In this document: positions 9,545-18,788 of the stretch, in pieces
Layout: the number at the start of each line of letters is the position of its first letter
Position numbering within the stretch: position 1 is the first letter of the stretch
Assembly (NCBI GenBank): GCA_964478235.1
Contig: CAYZGX010000005.1
Span: 246 to 64,245 of the forward strand
DNA length: 64,000 nucleotides
Direction: 5' to 3'
From: an uncultured Gammaproteobacteria bacterium
GTDB taxonomy: Bacteria > Patescibacteriota > Patescibacteriia > Magasanikbacterales > GWA2-37-8
Notes under the pieces: generated by a model
What the model was told of the DNA's origin: nothing
The model's database searches: none
What the model saw: the letters and a program-made list of their open reading frames with translations, nothing else
Program-made: the position numbers and the translations under genes

Positions 9545-10144
9545 ATGTACTCCCCTTCTATTCAAAAACTGATTCAGGCGCTCAAACGCCTCCCCTCGGT
9601 TGGCGAGCGCACCGCTGAACGGTTTGTTTTTCATTTTCTCAAATCGGGCAAAAAAGAAGTGACCGAGCTCATGCTCGCTCTCAAAGAAGTGACCGAGACC
9701 GTGCGAAGTTGTGAAGTCTGCTGGAATTTTAGCGACACCAGCCCCTGTCATATTTGCAACAACCCCAAACGCGACCAGCAAACTATTTGCGTGGTCACCG
9801 ATCCACCCGATCTCCAAGTGGTAGAGCGCACCGGTAGTTTCGCTGGCGTCTATCATATTTTACGCGGCGCGCTAGACCCGGGCGACGACGACAGTTTTAA
9901 CCGCACCAAAACCACCGAACTTTTGGAAAGAATTACCAAACAAAAGCCTAAAGAAGTTATTCTTGCTCTCAATCCTGACCTCGCTGGCGAAACTACCATG
10001 CTCTATATCGAAAAAGAGCTCAAAGCCACTTCGCCAGACACCACCGTCACCCGCCTAGCCCGCGGCCTCCCGCTTGGTGGCGACTTGCGCTACGCCGATG
10101 ACATCACTCTCACGAGCGCTTTCAAATATCGTGTTAAGAGATAA
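9545..10144 (+). CDS. recR: recombination protein RecR
   Basis: HhH N-terminus (LPSVGERTAERF), C4 zinc finger (CEVCWNF...CHIC), Toprim (VTDPPD). Confidence 0.95.
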   Translation: MYSPSIQKLIQALKRLPSVGERTAERFVFHFLKSGKKEVTELMLALKEVTETVRSCEVCWNFSDTSPCHICNNPKRDQQTICVVTDPPDLQVVERTGSFAGVYHILRGALDPGDDDSFNRTKTTELLERITKQKPKEVILALNPDLAGETTMLYIEKELKATSPDTTVTRLARGLPLGGDLRYADDITLTSAFKYRVKR

Positions 10145-10145
10145 A

Positions 10146-10180
10146 AAAATCCCTCGAAATTTTCGAGGGATTTTTGTTTG
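10146..10180. terminator. bidirectional rho-independent terminator between convergent recR and rplU
   Basis: AAAAAAATCCCTCGAAATTTTCGAGGGATTTTTGTTTG: 8-bp perfect stem, A-run upstream and T-run downstream. Confidence 0.8.
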
Positions 10181-10184
10181 AGAG

Positions 10185-10490
10185 TTAGGCAATCTTCACT
10201 TCTGTGAAACGCTGACGTTGACCATGTACTTTGTGGTAACGAACTTTGCGTTTGAACTTTTCAACACGGACAGTGCGATTCTTACCTTGCTTGACGAGGG
10301 TTGCTTTGACAGTAACACCTTCCAAGTATGGAGCGCCAACTTTTACATTAGAGCCATCATCGTTAGCGGTGAGGAGAACCTTATCAAAGGCCACCGAGCC
10401 ACCAGCTTCACCAAGGATTTTTTCGATTTTAAGAGTTTGACCGGAAGTAACAAGATATTGTTTACCGCCAGTAGCAATAACTGCGAGCAT
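10185..10490 (-). CDS. rplU: 50S ribosomal protein L21
   Basis: MLAVIATGGKQYLVTSGQTLKIEKI is the L21 signature; start at the internal ATG 10490. No rpmA follows. Confidence 0.9.
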   Translation of the reverse strand: MLAVIATGGKQYLVTSGQTLKIEKILGEAGGSVAFDKVLLTANDDGSNVKVGAPYLEGVTVKATLVKQGKNRTVRVEKFKRKVRYHKVHGQRQRFTEVKIA

Positions 10491-10623
10491 AAATAATGGA
10501 TAGCATGTACCCCGTCTAAGCCTGTCCAATTAAGATGGCAGCGGGAACATGAAAAATAACAATGTGCCCGTAGTATAAAGGAAGATACGCCCTTTGTCAA
10601 GCCTGTTTAGAGCCAAAAGGGTC

Positions 10624-11088
10624 TTACCGGGCTATCTCTACCCTATCCCCGATAATTAGCCCTAATTCACTAGCCAAACCAGCTCGAAGCTCAAGTACAG
10701 CATTAGCTTCGGCCCTCGGCCTATAGAGGAAGAGGTCGGCTTCGGCCACCCCCGGCTCCGGAGAGGCATTGGGGGCCATATCTACCACTACCCCACTATC
10801 AAGCCAGATAATATCTATTGGAAAACGCATATCCCGCATCACCATAGCCTGACGGCCTTTGAGCCCAAACGGGAACAGCATACCATCAACCGGATCCATT
10901 GAATCACGGTTGCTCCAACCGGTAAACTGCTGTTTATACGTCCTCGCCACATACACCGTCAGGTTTTTTTCACGCATCCGAACAACAGTCGTTTCCAAAC
11001 GACGATTAGAAAAATATGACACCACCACACCAACAAACAAAAGTGCCAAGACCACCGCATGCCATTTTTTGAACATCACTGGTTTCAT
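10624..11088 (-). CDS. DUF192 (COG1430) domain protein with N-terminal TM helix
   Basis: GMLFPF...MRDMRFPIDIIWLD...YRP...AVLEL.AG...IGDRVEI matches DUF192 conserved blocks. Confidence 0.75.
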   Translation of the reverse strand: MKPVMFKKWHAVVLALLFVGVVVSYFSNRRLETTVVRMREKNLTVYVARTYKQQFTGWSNRDSMDPVDGMLFPFGLKGRQAMVMRDMRFPIDIIWLDSGVVVDMAPNASPEPGVAEADLFLYRPRAEANAVLELRAGLASELGLIIGDRVEIAR

Positions 11089-12143
11089 ACTTTAAGGGTG
11101 CGAAGTTTAAACGACAAAATAATACCAACGACGAGCATAATGACGCTGATGAGCGCAATCAAAACGAGCTTACCAAAACTTTGCAAAAAAAGCGCCCCCA
11201 ACCCAAACACTGTAGCAGCGGTATAAAAAACCAAAATTACCTGACGCTCACTCCAACCAAGCTCCAAAAGTGCATAATGAAGATGTCGGCGATCACCCTG
11301 AAACACCGACTGCTTACGATAGACCCGCAAAATAATCACTCGCGCCAGATCAAGCATCGGCACAGCCAAAACCAAAAAAGCTGTCGCCACCTTGCTCCCT
11401 GCAATAATTGACAAAACAGCTAGAATAAAACCGAGAAACAAACTTCCCGACTCCCCCAAAAATAGTTTGGCTGGAGAAAAATTAAGCACCAAAAAACCGA
11501 GGCAGGCTCCGACAAAAATCAAAGCCAACAGCCCAACGTTTGGCTGGTAAAACTTGGTACTCATGGAAAGCGCAAAGATAATCAAAGAACCAATACTAAC
11601 AATTCCCGTAGCTAAACCGTCTAAGCCATCAACAATTTTAATGGTATACATCACCCCCATTATCCAGACAAATGCCAGCAGGCTCGGAAATAACACCGAG
11701 AGAGTGAGCGACGTAAGCTGATCAAGCGCCACCACCCCACCCCACGGATTAGTAACTTTATCAAGCACCACCCCACCAAACACGGTCACAAGAACGGCCA
11801 AGGACGTACCAACCAAGCGAGTGACTGGGCGCAATTTTAAAACGTCATCAAGAATACCAAGAATCAGGAGAAGCGTACTTCCCAAAAAAGCGGCGAGCAA
11901 CCGATCACGAAGAATATCAAACCCTAAAACCGGATAAACAAAGAGAAAAAAGCCTGCCACTGCCCAAAAACCAAGATACAAAGCAATCCCGCCAAGAAGC
12001 GGGACAGGCTGACGATGAAGATGACGCCCGTTGTCTGGGACATCAACCACTCGAAAACGACGAGCAACGCGCGCAACAATGAGCGACAAAAGCGCTACTA
12101 AAGCGACTGTAACCAGCCCAGCACTATACACAATCATATACAA
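11085..12143 (-). CDS. glycosyltransferase family 4 polyprenyl-phosphate HexNAc-1-phosphate transferase (WecA/TagO-like; MraY paralogue family)
   Basis: VDVPDNGRHLHRQPVPLLGGIALY resembles the WecA N-terminal motif, IVDGLDGLA is the DxxD-type motif, and FLGESGSLFLGF and DRRHLHYALLELGW are also shared with MraY. I scored it closer to WecA than to MraY. Confidence 0.7.
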   Translation of the reverse strand: MYMIVYSAGLVTVALVALLSLIVARVARRFRVVDVPDNGRHLHRQPVPLLGGIALYLGFWAVAGFFLFVYPVLGFDILRDRLLAAFLGSTLLLILGILDDVLKLRPVTRLVGTSLAVLVTVFGGVVLDKVTNPWGGVVALDQLTSLTLSVLFPSLLAFVWIMGVMYTIKIVDGLDGLATGIVSIGSLIIFALSMSTKFYQPNVGLLALIFVGACLGFLVLNFSPAKLFLGESGSLFLGFILAVLSIIAGSKVATAFLVLAVPMLDLARVIILRVYRKQSVFQGDRRHLHYALLELGWSERQVILVFYTAATVFGLGALFLQSFGKLVLIALISVIMLVVGIILSFKLRTLKV

Positions 12144-12146
12144 TAA

Positions 12147-14921
12147 CTAACGAGGCACCACCGTCATTACGCCTTCAGCACCCAAATGAACAGTGTCTCG
12201 TCGTCCAATCTTACCAGTGAGTAGTAATTCTGCCAACTGGTTCTCCACTCGTTCTTCCAGAGATCGGCGAAGCGGACGAGCCCCAAATTCTGGATCAAAA
12301 CCAACTCCCGCCAAAAATTCTAGAGCTGCATCATCAACTTCAAGCCCAATTCCTTTGGCTTCCAAATCCCGCGCCACTCGGCGAAGCATCAGCGAAGCAA
12401 TTTGTTTAATAGCCGATTTGGCAAGCGGTTTAAAGAGCACAATACCATCAAAACGATTGAGGAACTCAGGACGGAAGTAGTCTTTGAGCTCACCATGAAG
12501 CAAACGATCTTTAATTATATCACTCGACAGACCGGCTCGCATTTGTTCCTGGACATAGCTCGTGCCAGCGTTCGAGGTGGCAATAATAATAACATTGGTA
12601 AAATCAACTACTCGACCAGTTGAATCGGTGAGACGACCATCGTCCATGACTTGCAGAAAAACATTCAAAATATCTCGGTCAGCTTTTTCAATTTCATCAA
12701 GTAATAATAATGTAAACGGTGTACGACGAATCGCTTCCGTCAAAAGACCAGTCCCCTTTTCGCCCGGCGCCCCAATGAGACGGTACAAACTAGCCTTATC
12801 CTGGTATTCACTCATATCAAACCGCACCATTCTGTCTTCACCGCCAAAATAAACTTCGGCAATTGTTTTAGCGAGCTCAGTTTTGCCCACCCCAGTTGGC
12901 CCCAAGAATAAAAAGTTAGAAATCGGACGACTCTTGGAACGAATTTCAGCGCGAGCTCGGCGAAGGGCATTTGCCACCAACGTCACTGCTTCGTCTTGGC
13001 CAATCACGCGTTCATGAAGCGTGGTTTCAAGCGTCATAAGCTTGGTTGATTCATCGGCTGTCACGGTGGTCATCGGAATCTGGGTCTTTTGAGCAATCAC
13101 TGCACCAACTTCTTCGGCAGTCACAAAAGCATCTTTACCTTTTTTAGAACGAGTATAACTCCCCGCTTCGCTCATAATTTCTATCGCACTCCCTGGCAAA
13201 ATAGTATCTTTAATAAATCGCTTAGCGAGCTGAGCTGATTTCGCCAACGCATCATACGAATAAAAAACATCATGCTTATATTCCAAATGACCAGCGTTGG
13301 CTTCGAGCACTTGAATTGCCTGGTTCTCTTCCATTTCTTTAATCACCACACGCGAAAATACTGTCGCTAATTTAGAATTAGCAATATATTTGGTATAGGC
13401 TTCGGTTGTAGCAGTCGCAATCGTGAGAAATCGTCCACTGCCGAGATAATCAGCCATCGTACCAGCAACATCCAAACTTTGCCCGCCACCAGCCGACACT
13501 CCCATTAATTCCTGAATATTTTCAATCGTGAGAATAACATTACCAGCACGAGCAATTTCGTACATAATATTTTCAAGACGTTCCAAAGCACCAGCTGGCG
13601 TAGTACCAGCCAACAATGAGGATGAATTGAGGCGCACCATACGCTTATCAGCCAAACGAGCTGGCACTTTGTCTTCTACCATGAGTTCAGCAATGCCTTC
13701 AACAATACTTTTCTTGCCGACGCCATAATCACCAACCAACAGCACACTATTTTGACCACCTTCCACTACTTGGAAAATATTTTGAATCTCAACGTCGCGA
13801 GCAATACAAGCATTGGTGTGTCCAAATTGCGCGAGCATGGTAACATCTTCACTAAACTGATTCAAAAACGGCGTAGCCACAGCGGTCATTGCTCGATCCA
13901 TTCCATATTTAGAACGATGACGAGCCGACACTTGAAATTGCATATACTGACGATGGAGTCGCTCTTTGATTCGAGCCCACTCAATGCCGTTTTCCAGCTT
14001 ATCTTTGTCCAGCGCAAAATCATACAACACATCTTGAATTGACGATGATGAGCTCACTACTGCAAACAATAATTCCGCTGGCGTGACATATTCCTGACGA
14101 GCCAGATAGCCCGCTTCATAGGCTTGGAAAATAACCTGCGCCACTCCATCAGAAATAACTGGCGCAGTTTCGCGACCACCAGTCTTGGAATTAGCTTCAG
14201 CAAAAAACGGTGTCAATTTATCTTGGAGAGTTTTGACTGGAACCCCTAGGCGGATAAACAAAATACGCACTGACGGAATCGTCAAAAGCGCATACAGAAT
14301 ATGATAGACCGTCATTTTATTAAACATCTGCTCATCGGCCAAGGTATAGGCCACCCCAAGAGATTTGAGCGCGTCAGGCGTAAACGATTCGGTGATATTC
14401 ACCCGATCTTTAAGCGGAACACGAGTCGTATCTGTCCAAGCGGACAACCGCTCACTCGAAACATCTTTTGGTACACTGTCATAACCCAAATGTTCCACCA
14501 TTTGAGTCGCTGGCTTTTCTGAAATAATTCGATACACCAAATAGGAAAACAGCATGACACCCAACCAAAACAACACCACGATATACGCCGGCAAATACTG
14601 AAACCACTGCACAAAGGTCAAACCCATTGGCGCTGGTGAGGTTTTGAAAAACATCATCAAAGCAAAAAGCGCCCAGAGCCAAAGCGTCATTGCTAAAACA
14701 CCCACCACTACCTTGCGGATTTTGTTGGTGAGAAGGCGCGCATAAAAAAGCGCCAGATGATATCTGTCGAGCGGGTGGGCCCAATAAAACAATTTTCCAC
14801 GCGTCTTGTACGCTATGCTCAAACCATGACAATTTGGGCAGGTGCGCCACGAAACAACCCCAGTGGCATGACATGTTTCACAGAGCAAAAGTGGTAATGG
14901 TTCTCCTTGAGTAAACATCAT
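12147..14921 (-). CDS. membrane-anchored Clp/Hsp100-family AAA+ ATPase (ClpB/ClpC-like) with N-terminal zinc ribbon, 2-3 TM helices, Clp_N repeats, degenerate D1 and intact D2
   Basis: N-terminus CETCHATG...CPNCHG followed by hydrophobic helices. Clp_N-like repeats. D1 Walker A is GDYGVGKKS and the Walker B position reads ILTIENIQ (DE->EN). D2 is canonical: GPTGVGKTELAK, LLLLDEIEKA, sensor and arginine-finger region. I found no IGF/LGF ClpP-docking loop. Confidence 0.8.
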   Translation of the reverse strand: MMFTQGEPLPLLLCETCHATGVVSWRTCPNCHGLSIAYKTRGKLFYWAHPLDRYHLALFYARLLTNKIRKVVVGVLAMTLWLWALFALMMFFKTSPAPMGLTFVQWFQYLPAYIVVLFWLGVMLFSYLVYRIISEKPATQMVEHLGYDSVPKDVSSERLSAWTDTTRVPLKDRVNITESFTPDALKSLGVAYTLADEQMFNKMTVYHILYALLTIPSVRILFIRLGVPVKTLQDKLTPFFAEANSKTGGRETAPVISDGVAQVIFQAYEAGYLARQEYVTPAELLFAVVSSSSSIQDVLYDFALDKDKLENGIEWARIKERLHRQYMQFQVSARHRSKYGMDRAMTAVATPFLNQFSEDVTMLAQFGHTNACIARDVEIQNIFQVVEGGQNSVLLVGDYGVGKKSIVEGIAELMVEDKVPARLADKRMVRLNSSSLLAGTTPAGALERLENIMYEIARAGNVILTIENIQELMGVSAGGGQSLDVAGTMADYLGSGRFLTIATATTEAYTKYIANSKLATVFSRVVIKEMEENQAIQVLEANAGHLEYKHDVFYSYDALAKSAQLAKRFIKDTILPGSAIEIMSEAGSYTRSKKGKDAFVTAEEVGAVIAQKTQIPMTTVTADESTKLMTLETTLHERVIGQDEAVTLVANALRRARAEIRSKSRPISNFLFLGPTGVGKTELAKTIAEVYFGGEDRMVRFDMSEYQDKASLYRLIGAPGEKGTGLLTEAIRRTPFTLLLLDEIEKADRDILNVFLQVMDDGRLTDSTGRVVDFTNVIIIATSNAGTSYVQEQMRAGLSSDIIKDRLLHGELKDYFRPEFLNRFDGIVLFKPLAKSAIKQIASLMLRRVARDLEAKGIGLEVDDAALEFLAGVGFDPEFGARPLRRSLEERVENQLAELLLTGKIGRRDTVHLGAEGVMTVVPR

Positions 14922-14928
14922 AAGTTTC

Positions 14929-15357
14929 TCACCCTAAAAATGGCAAAATAAGACCGAGCACCACAATAAACGGCAACGTCACCCAGAAAGACACGCCAAA
15001 AATACACCCCATCGCAAACAACCCAAGAACGAGCGAACGAACAATCACTTGAAAAAACCGAATAACGAAGCTAATAACTTTTCCGGTGAAATCTCTTTGA
15101 CCATACATTGGTACAAAAATATTTTTGAGCCAGAGCCCCGGAGCAAGTCGCTGGTTGGCGCGACCAAGCCAAGCGACACACGATTTACCTGCATACGCGA
15201 GGCCGTGGGTATACCACCACAACGGAAAATACACTACATCAAGTAGTGCTTCGAGAAATAGTCGTTCAAAAAGTATCCAATACATAAGCTTGACTATAGT
15301 ATAGCACAAAAAAAGAGAATAAAAAAACGCCCCAACGGGCGTATCTTCTATCAACAA
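14929..15357 (-). CDS. small polytopic membrane protein, function unknown
   Basis: 142-aa hydrophobic ORF tightly packed between the ftsL-like gene and the Clp-like gene. Confidence 0.5.
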   Translation of the reverse strand: MLIEDTPVGAFFYSLFLCYTIVKLMYWILFERLFLEALLDVVYFPLWWYTHGLAYAGKSCVAWLGRANQRLAPGLWLKNIFVPMYGQRDFTGKVISFVIRFFQVIVRSLVLGLFAMGCIFGVSFWVTLPFIVVLGLILPFLG

Positions 15358-15720
15358 CTAGCGCTCTGCCACCGAGGTGCGTGGTGAGGTCTTAACAAAG
15401 GTGATGGAAGAAGCTGAGCGCATAGATAATTCGTTCAAACGCTTCTGAATACTAGCCATTGATTGATAGCTAGCCACTTCAGTGGAAAGTTTTTGCGTTT
15501 CTGAGGAAACTAAAGCGACTTTTTTCTCAAGACCATGAATAACATAGCCACTCGTAGACAGAGCACTGATCTGAAAGACGTAGCCAACTGAGAACACGAC
15601 AATAAGCGCAAGCATTATCAAGCGCGCCGGCAAACTAAACATCCACTGTGGCAACGACAAGGCGTCGGCCAAAGAAAGTAGATTGTTATATTGATACCGT
15701 AGTCGAGCCTCCAAAGACAT
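15358..15720 (-). CDS. ftsL: FtsL/DivIC-like cell division protein (septum formation initiator family)
   Basis: Short cytoplasmic N-terminus, single TM, coiled-coil then a small beta region; sits in the canonical position after rsmH. Confidence 0.6.
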   Translation of the reverse strand: MSLEARLRYQYNNLLSLADALSLPQWMFSLPARLIMLALIVVFSVGYVFQISALSTSGYVIHGLEKKVALVSSETQKLSTEVASYQSMASIQKRLNELSMRSASSITFVKTSPRTSVAER

Positions 15721-15723
15721 AGA

Positions 15724-16644
15724 CTAGTTTTTTATGAGCACCCGGAGCTTAGCGCTACGAGCACGTGGATTAGCTTCCAACTCTGCCTCGCTAGCTATCA
15801 CTGGTTTTTTATTGACCAGAGCAGCTTCGCGTTTCAAAGCTTTTGTTTTGTAAAAATGTTTAACGATTCTATCTTCGAGCGAATGGAAGGTGATGATCGC
15901 TAGGCGTCCACCTTTGGCCAACAGGTCAAAGGCTTGTGGCAAAACTTGCTTCACCACTTCCAACTCACGATTTGTTTCAATGCGAAGTGCTTGAAACACT
16001 TTCGTTGCCGGATGAATTCCACCAATCCAAGGAACTGCTTTATCGCTTTTTAATTTTGTTCGGTACACTTGCAAAATAATATCTACCAATTGCTTGGTGC
16101 GCTCAATCGGACCAGACCGACGAGCGACGGCGATTGCTTCAGCAATCTCTTTGCTCAAATTTTCTTCACCATATTGTTTAAATACGTGAATCAACTCAAA
16201 CACACTATAGGTATTGACGATAGTCGCGGCTGTTACTGGCTCGTCATCACTCCCAAGCTCAGGGTTATAGCGCATATCGAGCGGCTCATCACCGTCGAAG
16301 CTAAACCCTCTCCCCCGCTCCGCAAATTGCGGACTTGACCAACCAAGGTCAATCAAGATAGCGTCGGGTGCTGGTAATTTTTCGCGTGCCACAATCGCTT
16401 GCAGTGTTGAAAAGTTGTCCCGTGCAAATACGACTCGGTCACCAAAACGATACAAATGTTGTTTAGCACGAAGGAGTGATTCAGGATCAGCATCAATGCC
16501 GAGCAATTTACCTTGTGGGGCAGTTGCTTCAAGCATCGCTTCGCTGTGTCCACCATCACCAAGCGTGCAATCAATAACTGTTTCGTTGGTTTTGAGTTGT
16601 AATGATCCAAGGACTTCGGCTAGGAGAACAGGTACATGTCGCAT
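15724..16644 (-). CDS. rsmH: 16S rRNA (cytosine1402-N4)-methyltransferase RsmH (MraW)
   Basis: HVPVLL, IDCTLGDGGHS, DLGWSSPQF, FHSLEDRIVK are the RsmH motifs. Confidence 0.95.
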   Translation of the reverse strand: MRHVPVLLAEVLGSLQLKTNETVIDCTLGDGGHSEAMLEATAPQGKLLGIDADPESLLRAKQHLYRFGDRVVFARDNFSTLQAIVAREKLPAPDAILIDLGWSSPQFAERGRGFSFDGDEPLDMRYNPELGSDDEPVTAATIVNTYSVFELIHVFKQYGEENLSKEIAEAIAVARRSGPIERTKQLVDIILQVYRTKLKSDKAVPWIGGIHPATKVFQALRIETNRELEVVKQVLPQAFDLLAKGGRLAIITFHSLEDRIVKHFYKTKALKREAALVNKKPVIASEAELEANPRARSAKLRVLIKN

Positions 16645-16664
16645 ACTTCAAGAGTTCGCTTAGC

Positions 16665-17096
16665 TTAGACGCCAAGTTCGGCCATTCGTTCAGCGATAGA
16701 TCCGCTCGCCGCCTCCGTTTGTCCTTTATACTGAGCCCACGTTTTGCTATCCCATAGCTCTAACCGGTTGTATAGACCGGCGACAACCACCTCTTTTGAC
16801 AGACGTGCAAATTGACGAAGGTATTCAGGCAGGATGATTCTCCCCTGCTTGTCTACTTCAACGTCCATAGCGCCAGCTAACATAAGACGAGCAAACGCTC
16901 GACTGTCAGCTTGACTGATAGGCAGACTAGCCAATTTCTCGGCCAGCTTCTCCCATTCCGTCTTGGTGTACAAAAAGAGACAATTGTCTAATCCACGAGT
17001 GACCACAGCACCCTTCGACAAATCACGACGAAATTTGACCGGAATGGCCATTCGTCCTTTATCGTCCAGGTTGTGACTATACTCGCCGATAAACAT
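16665..17096 (-). CDS. mraZ: transcriptional regulator MraZ
   Basis: Two DXXXR-type repeats (LDDKGRMAIP / VDKQGRIILP); 143 aa; first gene of the dcw cluster. Confidence 0.95.
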   Translation of the reverse strand: MFIGEYSHNLDDKGRMAIPVKFRRDLSKGAVVTRGLDNCLFLYTKTEWEKLAEKLASLPISQADSRAFARLMLAGAMDVEVDKQGRIILPEYLRQFARLSKEVVVAGLYNRLELWDSKTWAQYKGQTEAASGSIAERMAELGV

Positions 17097-17111
17097 ACGG
17101 AAGTGAGTGAA

Positions 17112-17169
17112 ATAATTAAGTACACTTAATTATTTCCGAACGCAGTATGTTTATACTATGTATAAACAT
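17112..17169. promoter_or_regulatory. two perfect 10-bp inverted repeats in the mraZ upstream region (ATAATTAAGT-AC-ACTTAATTAT at 17112-17133; ATGTTTATAC-TAT-GTATAAACAT at 17147-17169)
   Basis: Read directly; the second overlaps a TATACT -10-like hexamer. Confidence 0.5.
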
Positions 17170-17203
17170 AGGCTTTCGTAGAGAAAATTAGTGATACAAG
17201 CAT

Positions 17204-17270
17204 TTTCACCACTTTTCACCACTTACAACCATTTTATACCACTATTCAACACCCGTCAACACACTTCACC
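17204..17270 (-). promoter_or_regulatory. candidate MraZ operator: about 7 direct repeats of GTGGTG/GTGTTG with 10-bp periodicity, 110-175 bp upstream of mraZ
   Basis: Plus strand shows CACCAC at 17207, 17217, (17228), 17237, 17247, 17257, 17267 spaced exactly 10 nt. MraZ proteins are known to bind phased direct GTG-containing repeats upstream of their own gene. Confidence 0.6.
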
Positions 17271-17282
17271 GCAGTTATTCAA

Positions 17283-17323
17283 GAAAAAACAACAAAAAAG
17301 CCCCGAAAACGATGTTTCGGGGC
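17283..17323 (-). terminator. rho-independent terminator downstream of the beta-CASP hydrolase gene
   Basis: GCCCCGAAACATCGTTTTCGGGGC followed by TTTTTTGTTGTTTTTTC on the minus strand. Confidence 0.8.
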
Positions 17324-17338
17324 TGTGGACAAGTAATT

Positions 17339-18685
17339 TTAAACTGTAAATGTAGCAGCAAGCTTAGCTGGCTCAGCGGCAACACCATGTTCACTGAGTT
17401 TATGCGCAAGCGCTTGCGAAGCTGCAGCATCGCCGTGATTGAGAATCACTCGCCGTGGCCCAGCGTCGGTAATCCACGAGACTAATTTTTTTTGATCAGC
17501 GTGCGCTGACAGCGAGCCAACCATTTTAATATGACAATTCACTCGCACATGTTCGCCGAGCACATCCACCGTCTTCGCACCGTCAGCCAAAGCACGACCG
17601 AGCGTACCGTGCGACTGGTATCCGATAAGCAACAAAGTGTTTTTTTCATCAGACAAGTATCTGAGCGCGTGATGTAAAATTCTTCCACCGTTCATCATCC
17701 CCGAGCCAGCAATAATAATTTTCGGACCAAGCATTTGATTAATTCGTTTGGACTCTTCGCGTGTGTACGTCATCGTGAGCCCCGGAAAAGCAAACAGGTC
17801 ATCACCATTACGAATATATTTTTCCGCCGCCGCGTCATAAAAATGCGGATACTTCAAATATACTTTGAGCGCATCAATCGCGAGTGGACTATCTAAAAAA
17901 ATAGGAATACGAGGTAAACGATGCTGGCGATCCACCAAATCATTTAGTTCATAAATAAGTTCTTGCGTGCGCTCGAGCGAAAATGACGGAATCATCACCA
18001 CACCACCTGGACGAAGCGCTTCCGCAATCATATTCTCCACCACCCTATCGCGACTCGCCGCGTTCTCATGCAGTCTGTCACCATAGGTTGACTCCGACAC
18101 AAGCATATCAATCCCCGCTGGCAACGGTGTGGTGTCTCGAAGAATTGGCACATTAATATTGCCAACATCACCAGTAAACACCACTCGCTTACCTTCGGCC
18201 AAAATCTCAATAAACGACGAACCAAAGACATGTCCAGCATCATGAAAAATCGCCGTCACCTCACCCGGCACGAGGGTCATCGGCTGTTCATAGTCGCCCA
18301 CTTTGAACAATTCCATAACCCGAGCAATATCTTCTAACGTATAGAGGAGCGGTGTTCCATTCTTGCGATTATTGTAGCTCATGATCTGAAAGGTGTCTTC
18401 CATGATCAACTCAGCCAAATCACGGGTTGGCGGGGTGGAATAAATAAACCCTTTGTACCCTCGCTTCACAAGAAGCGGCAATCGCCCCACATGATCGAGG
18501 TGCGCATGCGTCACCAAGACGTGCGTAATCGTGTGCGGGTCAAACGAAAAAAAATCATTCTTGGCTTCAAGCTCTGGGGTACCCTGAAACATTCCACAAT
18601 CAATCATCAAATGATGCGCGCCTATCGTCACTTCGCTACACGAACCAGTCACCTCGCCAGCGGCACCATGAAACCTAATATCCAT
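17339..18685 (-). CDS. MBL-fold beta-CASP RNA-metabolising hydrolase (RNase J/CPSF-like)
   Basis: HAHLDHVG metallo-beta-lactamase motif, beta-CASP region, C-terminal RMMBL-like segment with SAHAD. Confidence 0.8.
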   Translation of the reverse strand: MDIRFHGAAGEVTGSCSEVTIGAHHLMIDCGMFQGTPELEAKNDFFSFDPHTITHVLVTHAHLDHVGRLPLLVKRGYKGFIYSTPPTRDLAELIMEDTFQIMSYNNRKNGTPLLYTLEDIARVMELFKVGDYEQPMTLVPGEVTAIFHDAGHVFGSSFIEILAEGKRVVFTGDVGNINVPILRDTTPLPAGIDMLVSESTYGDRLHENAASRDRVVENMIAEALRPGGVVMIPSFSLERTQELIYELNDLVDRQHRLPRIPIFLDSPLAIDALKVYLKYPHFYDAAAEKYIRNGDDLFAFPGLTMTYTREESKRINQMLGPKIIIAGSGMMNGGRILHHALRYLSDEKNTLLLIGYQSHGTLGRALADGAKTVDVLGEHVRVNCHIKMVGSLSAHADQKKLVSWITDAGPRRVILNHGDAAASQALAHKLSEHGVAAEPAKLAATFTV

Positions 18686-18788
18686 ACGAAACGTACAAAA
18701 ATAACCTCCCTAGTGTACTACACAACAGAAGACCTACACAAGATAGATTTTTTCTGATAAACTACCTGTTAGTTACTCAGACGTATTT

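Noticed and set aside
11085-12143. Possible MraY (expected in a dcw cluster)
   Set aside because: N-terminal D-x-P-x-x-R-x-x-H...P-x-x-GG motif and overall blocks fit WecA/TagO better than the MraY N-terminus; kept as a family-level call
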